64,000 nucleotides of DNA from Octopus sinensis (lineage: Eukaryota). Positions 10,975 through 23,125 of this stretch are shown one piece after another (the first letter of the stretch is position 1; the number at the start of each line of letters is the position of its first letter). Position numbers and translations under genes: made by a program. The DNA is taken from assembly GCF_006345805.1 (NCBI RefSeq), contig NC_043001.1:99014001-99078000 (forward strand), in the 5' to 3' direction. A model generated the notes under the pieces. That model saw only the letters and a program-made list of their open reading frames with translations, ran no database searches and had not been told where the DNA came from.

Positions 10975-11806
10975 TAGATATATATATATATATATATAGA
11001 TAGATAACCTCAATTTGTTAAGTCTGATCATGCATCTGCACAATTATAGACCTGGATAAGGTTGAAGAAGGTAGGCAGTTTCCCATTCTACCATTTTTTA
11101 TCAAAGGGAAAGGCACCAGCCTGGGGTCATATACCTTAACAGTGTTGTCATAGCATTGCCATCAGAATGAAAAAGAGATAACTTAAGGTATCTTCAGTTT
11201 TGTCAATATAATGCCCTAAATTGTTATGCTTTTTGCATTTTTATTAAACTGAGAAGAATGAAAGGCAAAGATGACTTAAGTAGCATATGATTTCAGAATA
11301 CAAATCCAGAGAAAAAATAGCAGATAGTATTCTATCTAACTCTAATGACCGTCAATTTACTGCCATGAATTTGTGTATATTGAAAATTTTTCATCTCAGA
11401 AATTCAGGCAAAATTAAAAATAATGGCCAAATTTCGCTCAAGTTACAATCTGCTGTCTTAAATGAAGGTTGTGTAGTCCTCAGCATCCTTTGTTCTAACA
11501 TCCACTTTTCTATGCTTGCATGGATCAGACAGAGTTTACTGAGGCAAATTTTCTATAGTTTCATGTCCTTTTTGTAATCAACCATCACTTGTTTCAAGCA
11601 AGGTAATATTTCCATTTGGCCAGACAGGTTTTTGCAATATATGAATGACTACATGTGTGACTGACGTTCATTTACAACAGCCATGCAATGGCAAGATAAG
11701 GAAACAGACATATACATGTATGTATATATAGTCAACATTATTTGGTCACCTCATAAAAGAACTCAGAAAGGATTTTTTGGTAGATGGAAACTGAAAAAGC
11801 ATTGTA

Positions 11807-11810
<4 letters not shown>

Positions 11811-11855
<45 letters not shown>

Positions 11856-11866
11856 TGTGTGTGTGT
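11811..11866. repeat. (GA)n then (GT)n compound microsatellite
   Basis: Read directly. Many further (TA)n and (CA)n tracts occur, e.g. near 22660, 34990, 37270, 40300, 43400, 46350, 53500 and 54420. Confidence 0.95.
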
Positions 11867-14576
11867 ATGCGTGCGCGCGCGCACACACGACAGGCTTTTT
11901 TCAATTTCCATCTACCAAATCTACTCACTGATAGATACCAATTATAATGAACATTCACCTGATTCATTTGACAACAAATGGGCTTACTAAAGGAAAAGAT
12001 AGCTAACAAGGGAACTGCTACTTGGTCACATGAGTTACAAAAATAATTTCAAATCATAACTTACCATCTTAAGAAAAAAAAAAAAGGACATACCAAGAAT
12101 AAGATGGGTGAATGGAATATGGTCAGAACACTGAACATAAACCTGCTTGATTAAACCTAACCTGGAATTAAACAACAATAGTAACAATCACAAGAATAGT
12201 GATGCGAAATGAAGTTTCCTTCATAACCACATGCTTTTGAGTACTATTTCAGCATGGCACCTCAAGCATTTTGGTTGGAATTGATACACAGAAACTGTAT
12301 GGAAGCCTGCGGTATAACCACATCACCATCCTCGTTCATAACTCACTATATTCATCCCTATACCCATTTGTTACTACTCCCACTCTTATGAAAGTATCCA
12401 CTTTCTCATCCCCTCCCGTGACACACTCTGTATCCTCTTAACCTTGCCATTTTGTACCCTGAGGGTTTGCTCTAGCACCCCATCACTACCTCTTATCTCC
12501 CCTATAGCAAGGAACTGTGCTTGACCCTCTGTCATACCTTAACTTTTTAACACCTGGCATAATGTCACCTTCCCTCCTAGTAGAACCTCAAAAATCCACT
12601 GTACTCTGAAACTGGTTGGCATTAGGAAGAGCATCCAGCTGTAGAGAGACTATGGCAGCATAGAAAGCAGACATTACACACACAGCTCTATAATATTGAA
12701 GTGCTAGTGGGATACAGAAAAGGCTTTAGCATGAAAAATGGACAAATGAGTTGCTAAAGTTACAATTATCCATTTCGGTTGGTCAAACCCACAAATAGTT
12801 TTCTCCAGGTATCTTGATCAGGTCATCTCATATTTTTAACAATTCAGAAAGCAAAAAAAAAAAAAAAAATTTTGAAGCCTTGGGAATTTTGATCAAATTA
12901 CAATGTCCATGCCATGGACACCATTAATTTAGGTTTTGCGTTGTTGCATTTACATTTTTCCAGCTTATGCCCCAACTGTCCTGTCTGCTCTGACTGGACA
13001 TGGGTTATAACTATTACAGTGTACCCAGTTGATAAATAAGCTTCACATTAATCTAAAAAAGTAAAAAGAAACAAAAGAAAAAAACAAAAACAAAACAATA
13101 GGCACATGGCCTGAAATTTTGTGGGGGTAACATTTGATTATGTTAACCCCATTTGATGGTATTTTATTTCATTGATACCAGAAGGCTGGAAGGTAAGACA
13201 ACAATGGGTTTGAACTCAGATCATGTGCCAGGTAAAAAAAAAAAGAAGGTTTGTAACATTTAATAACTGTTTTTAAATAGACAGGCCTCACATTTGATGG
13301 AGGAGCAAACAGTTCATTCTATAATTCCCAGTATTTGACAAGTATTTAACTTGATCAACTCCAGAATGATGAAAGGCAAAGCTCAGTTGATCTTAAGATT
13401 TGAACTCAATGAATACTGTAAGACATTTTTGACTGATGCTCTACCAATTCCACAAACTATTACTCTCTAAAACAATAAATAATCAAAACAAAAGAGAAAA
13501 GTTTAATTCCATAATATTGGCTATCTAGATCCTTAGAATCACTGCCCTAAATAATAAAAAAAAATCTTAATCACTGAATTAAATGATTTATAATATTTAT
13601 TTTGAAAGGAATATCATGAACAAATTAATGTAACCAGTGACTGTTACTAAGAAGTCAGAGGAATTTATTTCCAGTGATGTAAATATACTTTAAAAGCAAG
13701 AGGTAATTGAAGGCAATCAGCTTAGTAAATACTGAGTTTTTTTTCATAGTTAAGTTTTCTTTATTTCATCAAAACAAAAGATACAATGCTGACCATCATC
13801 ACTGCCAAAGTTTAGAGAGAAGAAAAGAGAAAGAGAGAGGGAGACAGGATTCAGCTATTACAATAATATAAATTTTGTTATTGCATGATTGGTAAAATGA
13901 GATAATCTCTAGAAGGAAATTCACTGGTCTGTCCCAATAATGATTATAAAGGAGCTGTAATTTCATGATCTAACATTATCTGAACAGAAAGAAATGGTTC
14001 AAGATATATCTTTAACAATAATAGAAAGGGGGGGGGGGATAAAGAAAGGAGGAAGGGAGAAAGAGTGATATGATAGAGAAAAGCTAACATTCAGCATAAA
14101 TAAATGGACAGCATACCATGATTCAAAAAGCATCTTTTGAATGGCATTTAAGCAAAGAGAAAAAGCACAAAAATATAGCCTTTGAAATTGAAATGAAAAT
14201 AAAGTGTTTTAATTTTGTTTTTCTTTGTATATGAAATGACAGAGATTGGTCTGTAAGTGAACAGCAAGGTAGTCCATGTTTGTGGAGGCTACACACTGCC
14301 AATTGTTAACCCACAGAAAAGAAAGGAATTCTATATTGAAAGTGGACTTCGTTAGAAACAGCAGAGGAAGGGTAGAAAATTGTGCAAATTGTCAATTTTT
14401 TTTTCTTCTATCTTCTTTTTCTATCATGCAGCAGAATAAAATTATAAAAAAATATTAAAAAAAAAAAAAAATTGAGAAGCTGAAATTACATGATTTTTAG
14501 CTGAATCATTCCATTTTTTGATCTTAAAAATTATATAGCATAATGTGAAATGGAAATTAGTGATTTTTGTTAGAGT

Positions 14577-14773
14577 TTATTTCCATTCTTTCGTGATCTC
14601 AAAAGCCCATTCCCATTTGAGATACTCAATTTTATCATCATCAATAAATTTACTGCGCACAGTGTAAGTACCACGACTAAGCAATCCAGTTGGAGCATCT
14701 TCAGAAGCAACCTTACTAACTAAGATTGTATTTGAAGGACCATAGCTCCCCACCATGTATTTGGTGCTGTCAA
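14577..14773 (-). CDS. RhoGDI: RhoGDI, last coding exon
   Basis: Acceptor TTTCAG at 14774-5. Reads (V)DSTKYMVGSYGP...EDAPTGLLSRGTYTVRSKFIDDDKIEYLKWEWAFEITKEWK*, matching the RhoGDI C-terminal motifs MVGSYGP and DDDK..L.WEW. Confidence 0.96.
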
Positions 14774-16812
14774 CTGAAATAAAAAAAAAAAGATAAAATA
14801 TATAACTATTTGTGAAAATAATACAAAATGTAGCTTTTCCAATTTTTATTAATTTCACTTCTCTAAGGACCTCATTCATTTATAAATTCTGTTATCCACC
14901 CAGTTGCTTCTTAGCTGACAATTTGAAGGTATCCTTCAAACTGTCAGAAGACAACAGACTGCTCAAAATGAAGAAATAGCAATCAATCATTGATATTGTA
15001 AAACTTTTGATTTTATTGCCTACTGTAAATGTATTTCAAGTAGAAAGATAATAATCTACTATGATTTCCACAATTAGATGGTGACACTCACCAAGTTTGT
15101 ATAGAAAGGTGCAAGTGATTAATGGCAGGGGCATCAACATTTTATCATAGAAATACCTGAGCTCAATGAGGTTATCTGTCTAGTCCATTGGAAGATTTCA
15201 GCTCAGTTGTGAATGACACCTGGGAAAATATCTTCTGAACCTAACCAATGCCTTCTGAGTAGAACTGTTATACAGAAAGTGGGTGGAAGCCCTTCTCACA
15301 TGCATGTGAATCATCATCATTGTTTTAATGTCCACTTTTTCATGCTTGCATGGGTCAGATGATATTTGCTTAGATAGATTTTCAAAGGCAAGATGCTTTT
15401 CCTGTCACCAACCCTCACATGTTTCCAAGCAATGTAATATTTCCCTTAGTCCTTTGAACAAGAAAAAATGCAATGACCAAACATTTTTTCACAGAAGATT
15501 GCAAACAAACAGCAGCAGTTGCATGATTTTGTTTACAACTAGTACAATGTCAAAACATAGAAGAAATGGGCTTCTTTTGGTTTCCATCTGCCAAATTCAC
15601 CAACAAGACTGACTGGCCTGGGTCTATGGAAGACACTCGAATCAGGTGCCATGGAGGGGGAATGAACCTAAACCCTCATAGCCATGCCAAGGCACATATG
15701 TGTCAGTGTTTACATTCTTGTCTTCACATAAAAACATTCAGCAAATTGATGACAGGCTTACATTTCATGTTACCAATGTTTTATAGCTCAGAAATTTTGA
15801 AGAGTAGGGCAATAAAAAGAAAATCCTTTACTTCAAGGCAGGGGAAGGGTGAATTACAAGAAGAACATCTAGTTATAAAACAATATTTCAGCAATAAGCT
15901 TGTCTAACCCATATTAGCAGAAGAAAATGAATGTAAATAACTGAACAAATTCACTGCAAGATAATGCAATAATAAATAAACTTGTTGATCATTATAGTGA
16001 ACTGAAGCATGTCCTAGTAGTTATTTTACATGTAAGATTCTGGGATACTTTGTGAGTTAGGTTTTATGCCAGGAAGATGACCACAGAGGAAACAAGAAAC
16101 ATAAAATCTTTAATTTAGCTAATTCAGTCAAAATGCCTGCTTTAAATACAGGAACCACTTAAGATTATCTAAAGTAAAAAGCTAACAAGAACTTGACCAA
16201 ACAATGTTCAATAACTGAAAGTTGAATACTGTATGTTTATCATTTTAATGTCCACTTCTCTATACTTTTGTGGGTCACATAAAACCCATTGAATCCTTTT
16301 ACTGTAGATGTTAATCCATTCAGTTTCATTATCCATAACTATGGAAAGTAGTTTTATATAACAACCTATCTTTTGCTGAGGAATATAGTGTTTGAAACTA
16401 TTTTTTGTTGGAATATTTGAAGTTTATTGAGGCAACATAAGTAGAAAATACAAATTCTAATTTCTGGAAGATATTTAACATCATTACTGAAATAACCATG
16501 AAATTTAATTTCACAGTTAAAGGATTAAAGGTTCTGAGATTGTAAATTTTACTTGTAAGAGAGAAGGACTTGTGTTCTGGTCAATTTCAACAAATTTTTG
16601 CCGTCAACAAATCTATAACCATTTTGAGGAAGCTGAGATATCTATGATTATCATTGAAATACATAATCTTTACTTATCTAGAAAAAATGCAGCTTTGTCC
16701 AATACAATATAGATTTAGCATCTAAGGTTAGTAGGTTGTTAAACACTAAAAATTAAAATGTAGAAAAACCAACTAGAACTGTTAAAGGAAAATTACAATA
16801 AATCATACATAC

Positions 16813-16953
16813 CTTTCACACCTTTACGATAGACACAGTGGGTATAATTCAAACCACAGACAATGTCTCGTTGAACATAAAAATGAATTTCCATACAATA
16901 TTTGCACCCTTCTTTTATAACAATTGGATTTTTACTGAGTTTACTCAGATCAC
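16813..16953 (-). CDS. RhoGDI: RhoGDI, third coding exon (141 nt; not in the ORF track)
   Basis: TTTCAG|GT GAT CTG...GTG AAA G|GTATGT. Reads (G)DLSKLSKNPIVIKEGCKYCMEIHFYVQRDIVCGLNYTHCVYRKGVK, phase 1 at both ends. Confidence 0.95.
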
Positions 16954-16997
16954 CTGAAAAAATATAGAAAACAACATAAAACTAAATTACAGAAACC

Positions 16998-17032
16998 TAT
17001 GCAATCACCAACTAATAGTTGGTGATTGCATA
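16998..17032. repeat. Perfect 35-nt palindrome (17-nt arms, 1-nt centre)
   Basis: TATGCAATCACCAACTA-A-TAGTTGGTGATTGCATA. Confidence 0.95.
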
Positions 17033-17339
17033 TGCTTTTCACAACTAATTGTGTCAATTAGATACTTTTAGTGTCAATTAGATATGTAGACATATGGAAA
17101 AAATTGAGCTTTGTCAAACAAAGTAATAGTAATGCAAAATTTGCAGCAATGGATAACCTACTCATCAAATTAACATGTAAATTGGCTGAGTAATTCCACA
17201 GACATGTACTCTTAAGTGAGATTGAATTTTGGGTTGAATCATGACTGCAATGTGAACTTCATCACACACAGTGAACTGGCAGAGCCGTTAAGAGTGAATG
17301 CCTGGCTCTTTGCAAACTGTTCAAATACTGGCAAGGTTA

Positions 17340-18290
17340 CCAAAGTATTCCATGTATATATTGGAATACTTTGAGAGAATTTGGCTTTAGGATCAACACC
17401 ACAAAAACCAACTGGCTGCAATATGTTGATGACACCTTCATACTCTGGCCCCACCAGGAAGATGTCCAAGTGCTGTTAGATCATGTGAACTCAATAAAGC
17501 CATCCATACAGTTCACAATGGAATAAAAAAAAAAAGACAATCAGCTAGCATTTCCGGACGTATTAATAACATGCACCAAGTATGGATTCAGGACATCCGT
17601 ATACCACAAGCCGACCTTCACTGGACGATACCTCATCTTCAACTCCCACCATCCATACAGTGTAAAAAGAGGGATTGCTCAGTGCCTAAAACATCAAGCA
17701 ATGAATATAAGTAGCGATTGTGATACACTCCATGAAGAAATGATCAAGCTCACTAACAATCTGTTAAGCAACAACTACCCCACAAAAATACCATCCTCTC
17801 CAATTATGAAGAAAAGAGAGGAAGAAACTGATAAACTGTCCACAGTCTGTCTACCCTATGTGAAACGCCTCTCCGAAAAGATACAAAAGATATGCAGCCA
17901 ATATGACATCAGGACAGTAATCAAAAGTAATACAACACTTCGCAAATATCTCTGAGTAAAACCACCAATAAAAGAGAATATGACTAAGAACTGCATGTAC
18001 TCCATCCCATGCAGCTGTGGTAGGTTAAAGTAAAGCAAAACATGACGCCCCCTAAAAATAAGGATAGAGGAACATTGCAAAGCTGTGACAGCGAGATATT
18101 GATAAATCGGGTATAGCTGATCATGTATGAAAAAATGTAGACCACTTCCCCCTGTGGGATGAAGCTAAAATAATAGACAGAGAACACCACTGGAAAATAC
18201 GAAAACTAAAAGGAGCAGCACATATGCTAGGACACAACAACCTCCTAAGCAGACCAAATGCAGATATGAACAGGCATTAAGGAAGGATAG
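17340..18290 (+). mobile_element. Penelope-like element (Penelope/Poseidon-like), decayed RT + GIY-YIG, antisense in a RhoGDI intron
   Basis: Reads LQYVDDTFILWPH (YVDD 17422-17433)...SIQFTME*...VYHKPTFTGRYLIFNSHHP...LPYVKRLSEKI...YSIPCSCG...IRIEEH...HWKIRKLK. Confidence 0.9.
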
Positions 18291-18559
18291 GAGAATATTA
18301 CAGTTCTATATTTAAGAGATGAGGAATTATGTACATTATTTACATTTGATGGATATTTGTCATCTTGTTTGTTGTTAACATGTTTCAGCTGATATACCCT
18401 CCAGCCTTCTTCAGGTGTCTTGGGGAAATTTCAAACCTGGGTTCTCATTCCTAAGGTATTTTTTGATGTTGTTCTTATCATTATTCAGGTCACTGCCTGG
18501 AATCGAACTTGGAATCTTGGGGTTAGTAGCCCGCTACACCACTTAACCACTACGCCATA

Positions 18560-18625
18560 TGGCGTAGTGGTTAAGATAACAGGCTACTAACCCCAAGATT
18601 CCGTGTTCGATTCCAGGCAGTGACC
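18560..18625 (+). promoter_or_regulatory. tRNA-like Pol III internal promoter (A and B box), mirrored on the minus strand
   Basis: A box TGGCGTAGTGG 18560-18570; B box GTTCGATTC 18605-18613; anticodon-like loop CT-ACT-AA. Confidence 0.7.
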
Positions 18626-18690
18626 TGAATAATAACAACAACATCAAAAAATACCTTAGGAATGAGAACCCAGGTTTGAAATTTCCCCAA

Positions 18691-18736
18691 GACACCTGAA
18701 GAAGGCTGGAGGGTATATCAGCCAAAATGTTGTGTT
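18691..18736 (+). ncRNA. Degenerate minimal type I hammerhead-like motif (mirror copy ~18377-18419 on minus)
   Basis: GACAC-CTGAAGA-A-GGCTG-loop-CAGCC-AAAATG-TT-GTGTT. The mirror copy reads CAGCT-GAAAC, so the two imply an ancestral CAGCC-GAAACG-TT. Confidence 0.65.
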
Positions 18737-19849
18737 AACAACAAACAAGATGAAGACAAATATCCGTCAATTGTAAATAATGAACTTAGGAACTGTTGAA
18801 ACTTTGGATGAGATGCCTTTTGGTATATATTTCCACTCTTTGCATTCTGAGTTCTAGGGTGATAGATTCGATCTATCTATCACTTGGTTTACCGACCCTT
18901 CTCCACTCCTGGTACTATGTCTTCAGCAGTTAACCACTAGAAGTATTTGGGTGAGGTTTTCAGTTTAAGAATTAGTTCCTCCTACTTGTATTAGAGGATA
19001 TTAAAAACAAAAGCTCATGAACACTGTCTGTGCTTTCTTGACAAAACACTGTAGGACTAAGAACCATGGTTAAAAGAGAGGGAGTAAAATAAGTGAATTT
19101 TACAGCTGCTTGACAATGGTCTAAACATTTTCCTTCAAATACTGTTTAATGGTGATACATTGCCTATGTATGTGTGCAAAAGCAATAAACGCCATTAACC
19201 CATTTAAAAGAAAATGAAAAATGTGTTATGTACCTACAGAAATTTTAAATAGATCTAAGCTAACAGTCAGTGTTTTTAACTCAATGTAAAACAGCAGTTG
19301 GTGTATCCTGTGTAGTGTAATACTAAATCCCAAAGGAGATAAATTAAAAAGAAAAAAGGAAAATTTATACAGTGTGTTACTAAAGAATGAGACAAACTGA
19401 TGGTAAGTGAAAGATCTGTATTTCAGACTACAAATTCAACAAACTGTTTGGTTGACTGACAAAAAATCGTTCCGAAATATGCTCAAATTTGTGACTTCCC
19501 AAGCTACCAAATATGAGACAATGTGGATTTCAAAATTCCTCAGTATATGGGCTCTATTTAAATTACTATTACAATAACAAAAATATGGTATTACTTATGG
19601 GAAAAAGTGCAATAATTTTTAGTTTTCCCTTCAATTAAAAAAAATTTGCTTGAAAAAAAAAAAAAATTACTTCTAAGAGAGTCTGACATCATCCCATTCT
19701 TTAGTGCCTGATGTTTACACTCCAACCTAAATGTGGCATGCAAAGATGTGGAGGAGAAATAAATGGAAAAGAAAAAAATTAGAAAATTCACATAAAATTT
19801 ATATATATATATGTATAAAGACAACTGTCAAATTATCCTGAAACTTTAC

Positions 19850-19933
19850 CTGTGAGTGGAATAACTACATCTGGTCTTGAGTCTACTTTTACAATCAGTT
19901 TTTGCAGAATTACTTTGCTTGGATTATTTTCAT
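19850..19933 (-). CDS. RhoGDI: RhoGDI, second coding exon (84 nt)
   Basis: TTTCAG|AT GAA AAT...CTC ACA G|GTAAAG. Reads (D)ENNPSKVILQKLIVKVDSRPDVVIPLT, in frame with both neighbours. Confidence 0.93.
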
Positions 19934-19975
19934 CTGAAAATAAATAAATAAATACAATAAAAAAATGTTTTGATG

Positions 19976-20041
19976 AAGGGTTGGCAGCAAGAAGACAACA
20001 TGAAAGGGTTGGCAGCAAGAAGACAACATGAAAGGGTTGGC
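19976..20041. repeat. 28-nt tandem repeat (two exact units plus a partial)
   Basis: Unit AAGGGTTGGCAGCAAGAAGACAACATGA. Confidence 0.92.
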
Positions 20042-20071
20042 TATTGGCTGTTAAAATCTTGTGTCACTTAC

Positions 20072-20083
20072 CTCCCAAATAAG
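20072..20083 (-). CDS. Candidate 12-nt RhoGDI microexon (adds AYLG)
   Basis: Minus strand TTTTTTCTCTGTTAATGTAG|CTTATTTGGGAG|GTAAGTG: pyrimidine tract, consensus donor, frame-preserving, stop-free in the RhoGDI frame. No transcript evidence available. Confidence 0.5.
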
Positions 20084-22649
20084 CTACATTAACAGAGAAA
20101 AAACCCAGACATTATCAAATTTTTTATGAAAAACTCCAAAATTGATCCACGACCCTATCTCGCTGTCTAAAAGTGAAAATGAACAGCTGTTTTATCTGTT
20201 TCCACATGCGCACATTAATAGTGAAACAGCAAAAGTACAACGGCATGTGAAGCTCTCACCACGAAACTCGATATTCTAAAAATAACAGCTAAATGTTTGC
20301 ACTTGTGTGTGTGCAGGCAGCAATTTCTACAGTTTATCTGAATGAACAAAGAAAGAAACACACAAAATATATTTTATATATCTGTCGTGTATGTCAGTTT
20401 TGTTTATTCGCTTTAAAAGTAAATGGTTCTGATAGAAGCAATTATTTTGTAGTTAATTCATTGGATTAATCCTCCCCAAAATACTACAAGTTTAGTCACT
20501 GGCTCAGCACCTATGTTTGTGTTGGTCAGTCCAAAATAATAAGTATTTTAACATACTTCCAAAATGGGATTTCAGCCATGTGTATCCACATGTGTTTGTT
20601 GGGGGTGTTGGGGCACAAGAAAAACATTTATAGAAATGTACTTATAAAATTTCTATTTACATAAGTTGTCTTTATATGCCACGTTTGCAATTCTCCATAT
20701 AAATGATAGCAAAGTGTGTATCAAATGAAATTAAAATTCTGGTTCAATGACAGATCGATCAAGTTACTAAAGTCTTAACATTGTTGGTAACAACATATTC
20801 TCTCTTTCAACTGAAATTTGAAAAAAAAGAGTTAAAATGCAAGGGAAATTAATTTTGGCGGTAACAACTAAAACCCTTGATTCATTATCACAATTAAAAA
20901 GAAATTCAGAGGTGTAACATTGTGCAAGTTCATTTCCGTAAATGTTTTTATCGCGCCCCCACATATATGCACATGGATACACATGGATGAAGTTCCATAT
21001 TGGAAATATGTTAAAGCTTTTATTATTTTGGAGTGAAGAACACAAACATAGGTAATGAGCCAGTGACTAAACTTGTAGTATTTTGTTGGGATTAATCCAA
21101 TGAATTGACAGCAAAATAATTGCTTTTATCAGAATCATTTACCTTTAAAGCGAAAAAACAAAACTGACGTATACAACAGGTATGTCAAATATATTTTGTG
21201 TACTTTCTCTTTTCATTCAGATATGCTGTAGAAATTGTTGCATGCACACACACACACACACACACATACAAATTCTCAAGACATTTAGCTGTTATTTTTA
21301 GCATATCCAGTTTTGTGGTGAGAGCTTCACATGCTGTGGTCCTTTTGCTGTTTCACTATAAATGTATGCATGTGGAAACAGGCTACACTACTAAGAAATT
21401 CAAAGTAACTTTTAAAGATCTTGAAAATCCAAACTAATGCTTGGGAAACCTGAAGAAACATGGTAGTCATAAACAACTGAAGAAGAGATTCCCTTGTTGG
21501 TTGACATGCACACGCACACACACACAGGTGATTAAAAATTCCTTTTATTATTTAAATGCTAACATTTTTATTTTGTTCTAATTTAGTTTATATATATTTA
21601 ATACTATTTTTGCTACTATGTTGCAAATGTGTTTTGAGATTACACACACACATCAATTATATATTTTAGAAAAATGTCATAATTGAAAGATGAGAAAATA
21701 TTGATTGCCTAAAAATGCCAGCCCCCACCCACACACAGTGTAACATTTTGTGTATGAGTGTGTATTAGACTGCAGCTTTGAAGAGTTTAGTCAAATCAAC
21801 CCCAGTACTTTGTTATTTTAAGTCTGGTACTTTTTGCCAAACTGCAAAGCTACAGAGATGTACACAACCCAACACTAGTTGTCAAGCAGTGGTGAGGGAC
21901 AAACACACACACACGTGTGTGTATGAGCATTTATATATTCTTGAGCAAGATGCTTCATTCTAAGATTTAATAATTACGTGCTCAGGTGTAGATGGTGGTG
22001 GATTTCTGGGAACTAATGATGAGAGTTCAGTGGGTTGATCAACTGAATTACCTGCTCCTGAACTAACATGTGATAAATTCTTAGGCAGAATCAGCATGAC
22101 ATGGCTGTACCTTTTCATTAATGAGTACAATCTTCCTGACAGACTTTTATACAGCTTTCATGTACCCAGTTCCATTTACAAAGATGTGGGTTGATTCAAA
22201 GCTATAAAAAACGGCATTTGTTCAAGATGCCAGTCAGAAGGCTCAAATCCAGGATCTCATACTTGTTAATATCTTTTTAACTATTTGGCTAAAAAATAGA
22301 TATACATATGCTAAAGGAGATTTTAATTATCCTGTAGTATCAACCTGGGGCTAAACATCATCTTCATCATTGTTTAAATGTATAACTTTACATGCTTGCA
22401 TGGGTCAGAGTTTATTGAAATGAATTTTCTACAGCCACATGTTCTTCCTATTACCAACCCTCACCTGTTTCTGAACAAAGTAATATTTCCCCATGTCCAG
22501 ACATATTTTCACAGAATATTGGAAATGAATGGCACTGCTTGTAGGACAGTGATACTTATTTACAACTTTTCACAACATCAAGATAAAGAGAGACATATTA
22601 CATATGCACTAACTGGCACTGTGCTGTCAAAAATGACGGTTAATTGTGG

Positions 22650-22689
<40 letters not shown>

Positions 22690-23125
22690 ATGGTAAATTA
22701 AATTCATACACTTGTCAATGTTCACATACATTCACAGACTTCTCTTGTACACATACACACATATATTCACACAGAGTTGAAACATTGTTTGATTTTTCTC
22801 TTCGGCATTAATGTTCACCATCCCACCAGTTTGCCTTAACCCCGTACTTCCTTATTCATCTATCACCCCTTTCTTTCTCATTCATATGTTGTGATGGAGA
22901 AAAACACGAGCAGTATTATAGTAGATGAGCTACTTTCAGTTTCAATTTCCCAAATCCACTCACAAGGCTTTTGGTTGACCCAAAGCTATGATAGAAGGCA
23001 CTTGTCCAGTGGGACTGAACCCAAAACCATGTGGTTGGGAAGCAAACCTTTCAATTACAGTGTCACTCCACCTATAGTCAAAAAAAGAACCAACAAAGAT
23101 AAAAAGTAACAAACAACTGTATCAG

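Larger units (their letters stand above)
18334..18782. repeat. Spacer-less inverted repeat of two ~225-nt tRNA-head + hammerhead-like units
   Basis: Centre CCAT|ATGG at 18558/18559. Arms align over their whole length with scattered substitutions and small indels. Confidence 0.93.

Noticed and set aside
13100-14576. RhoGDI poly(A) site
   Set aside because: Several AATAAA/ATTAAA matches exist in very AT-rich sequence, and none can be singled out without reads.
18560-18625. Functional tRNA gene
   Set aside because: A/B boxes are present but the acceptor stem and D/anticodon arms are incomplete, and it is fused to repeat sequence. Treated as a tRNA-derived head.
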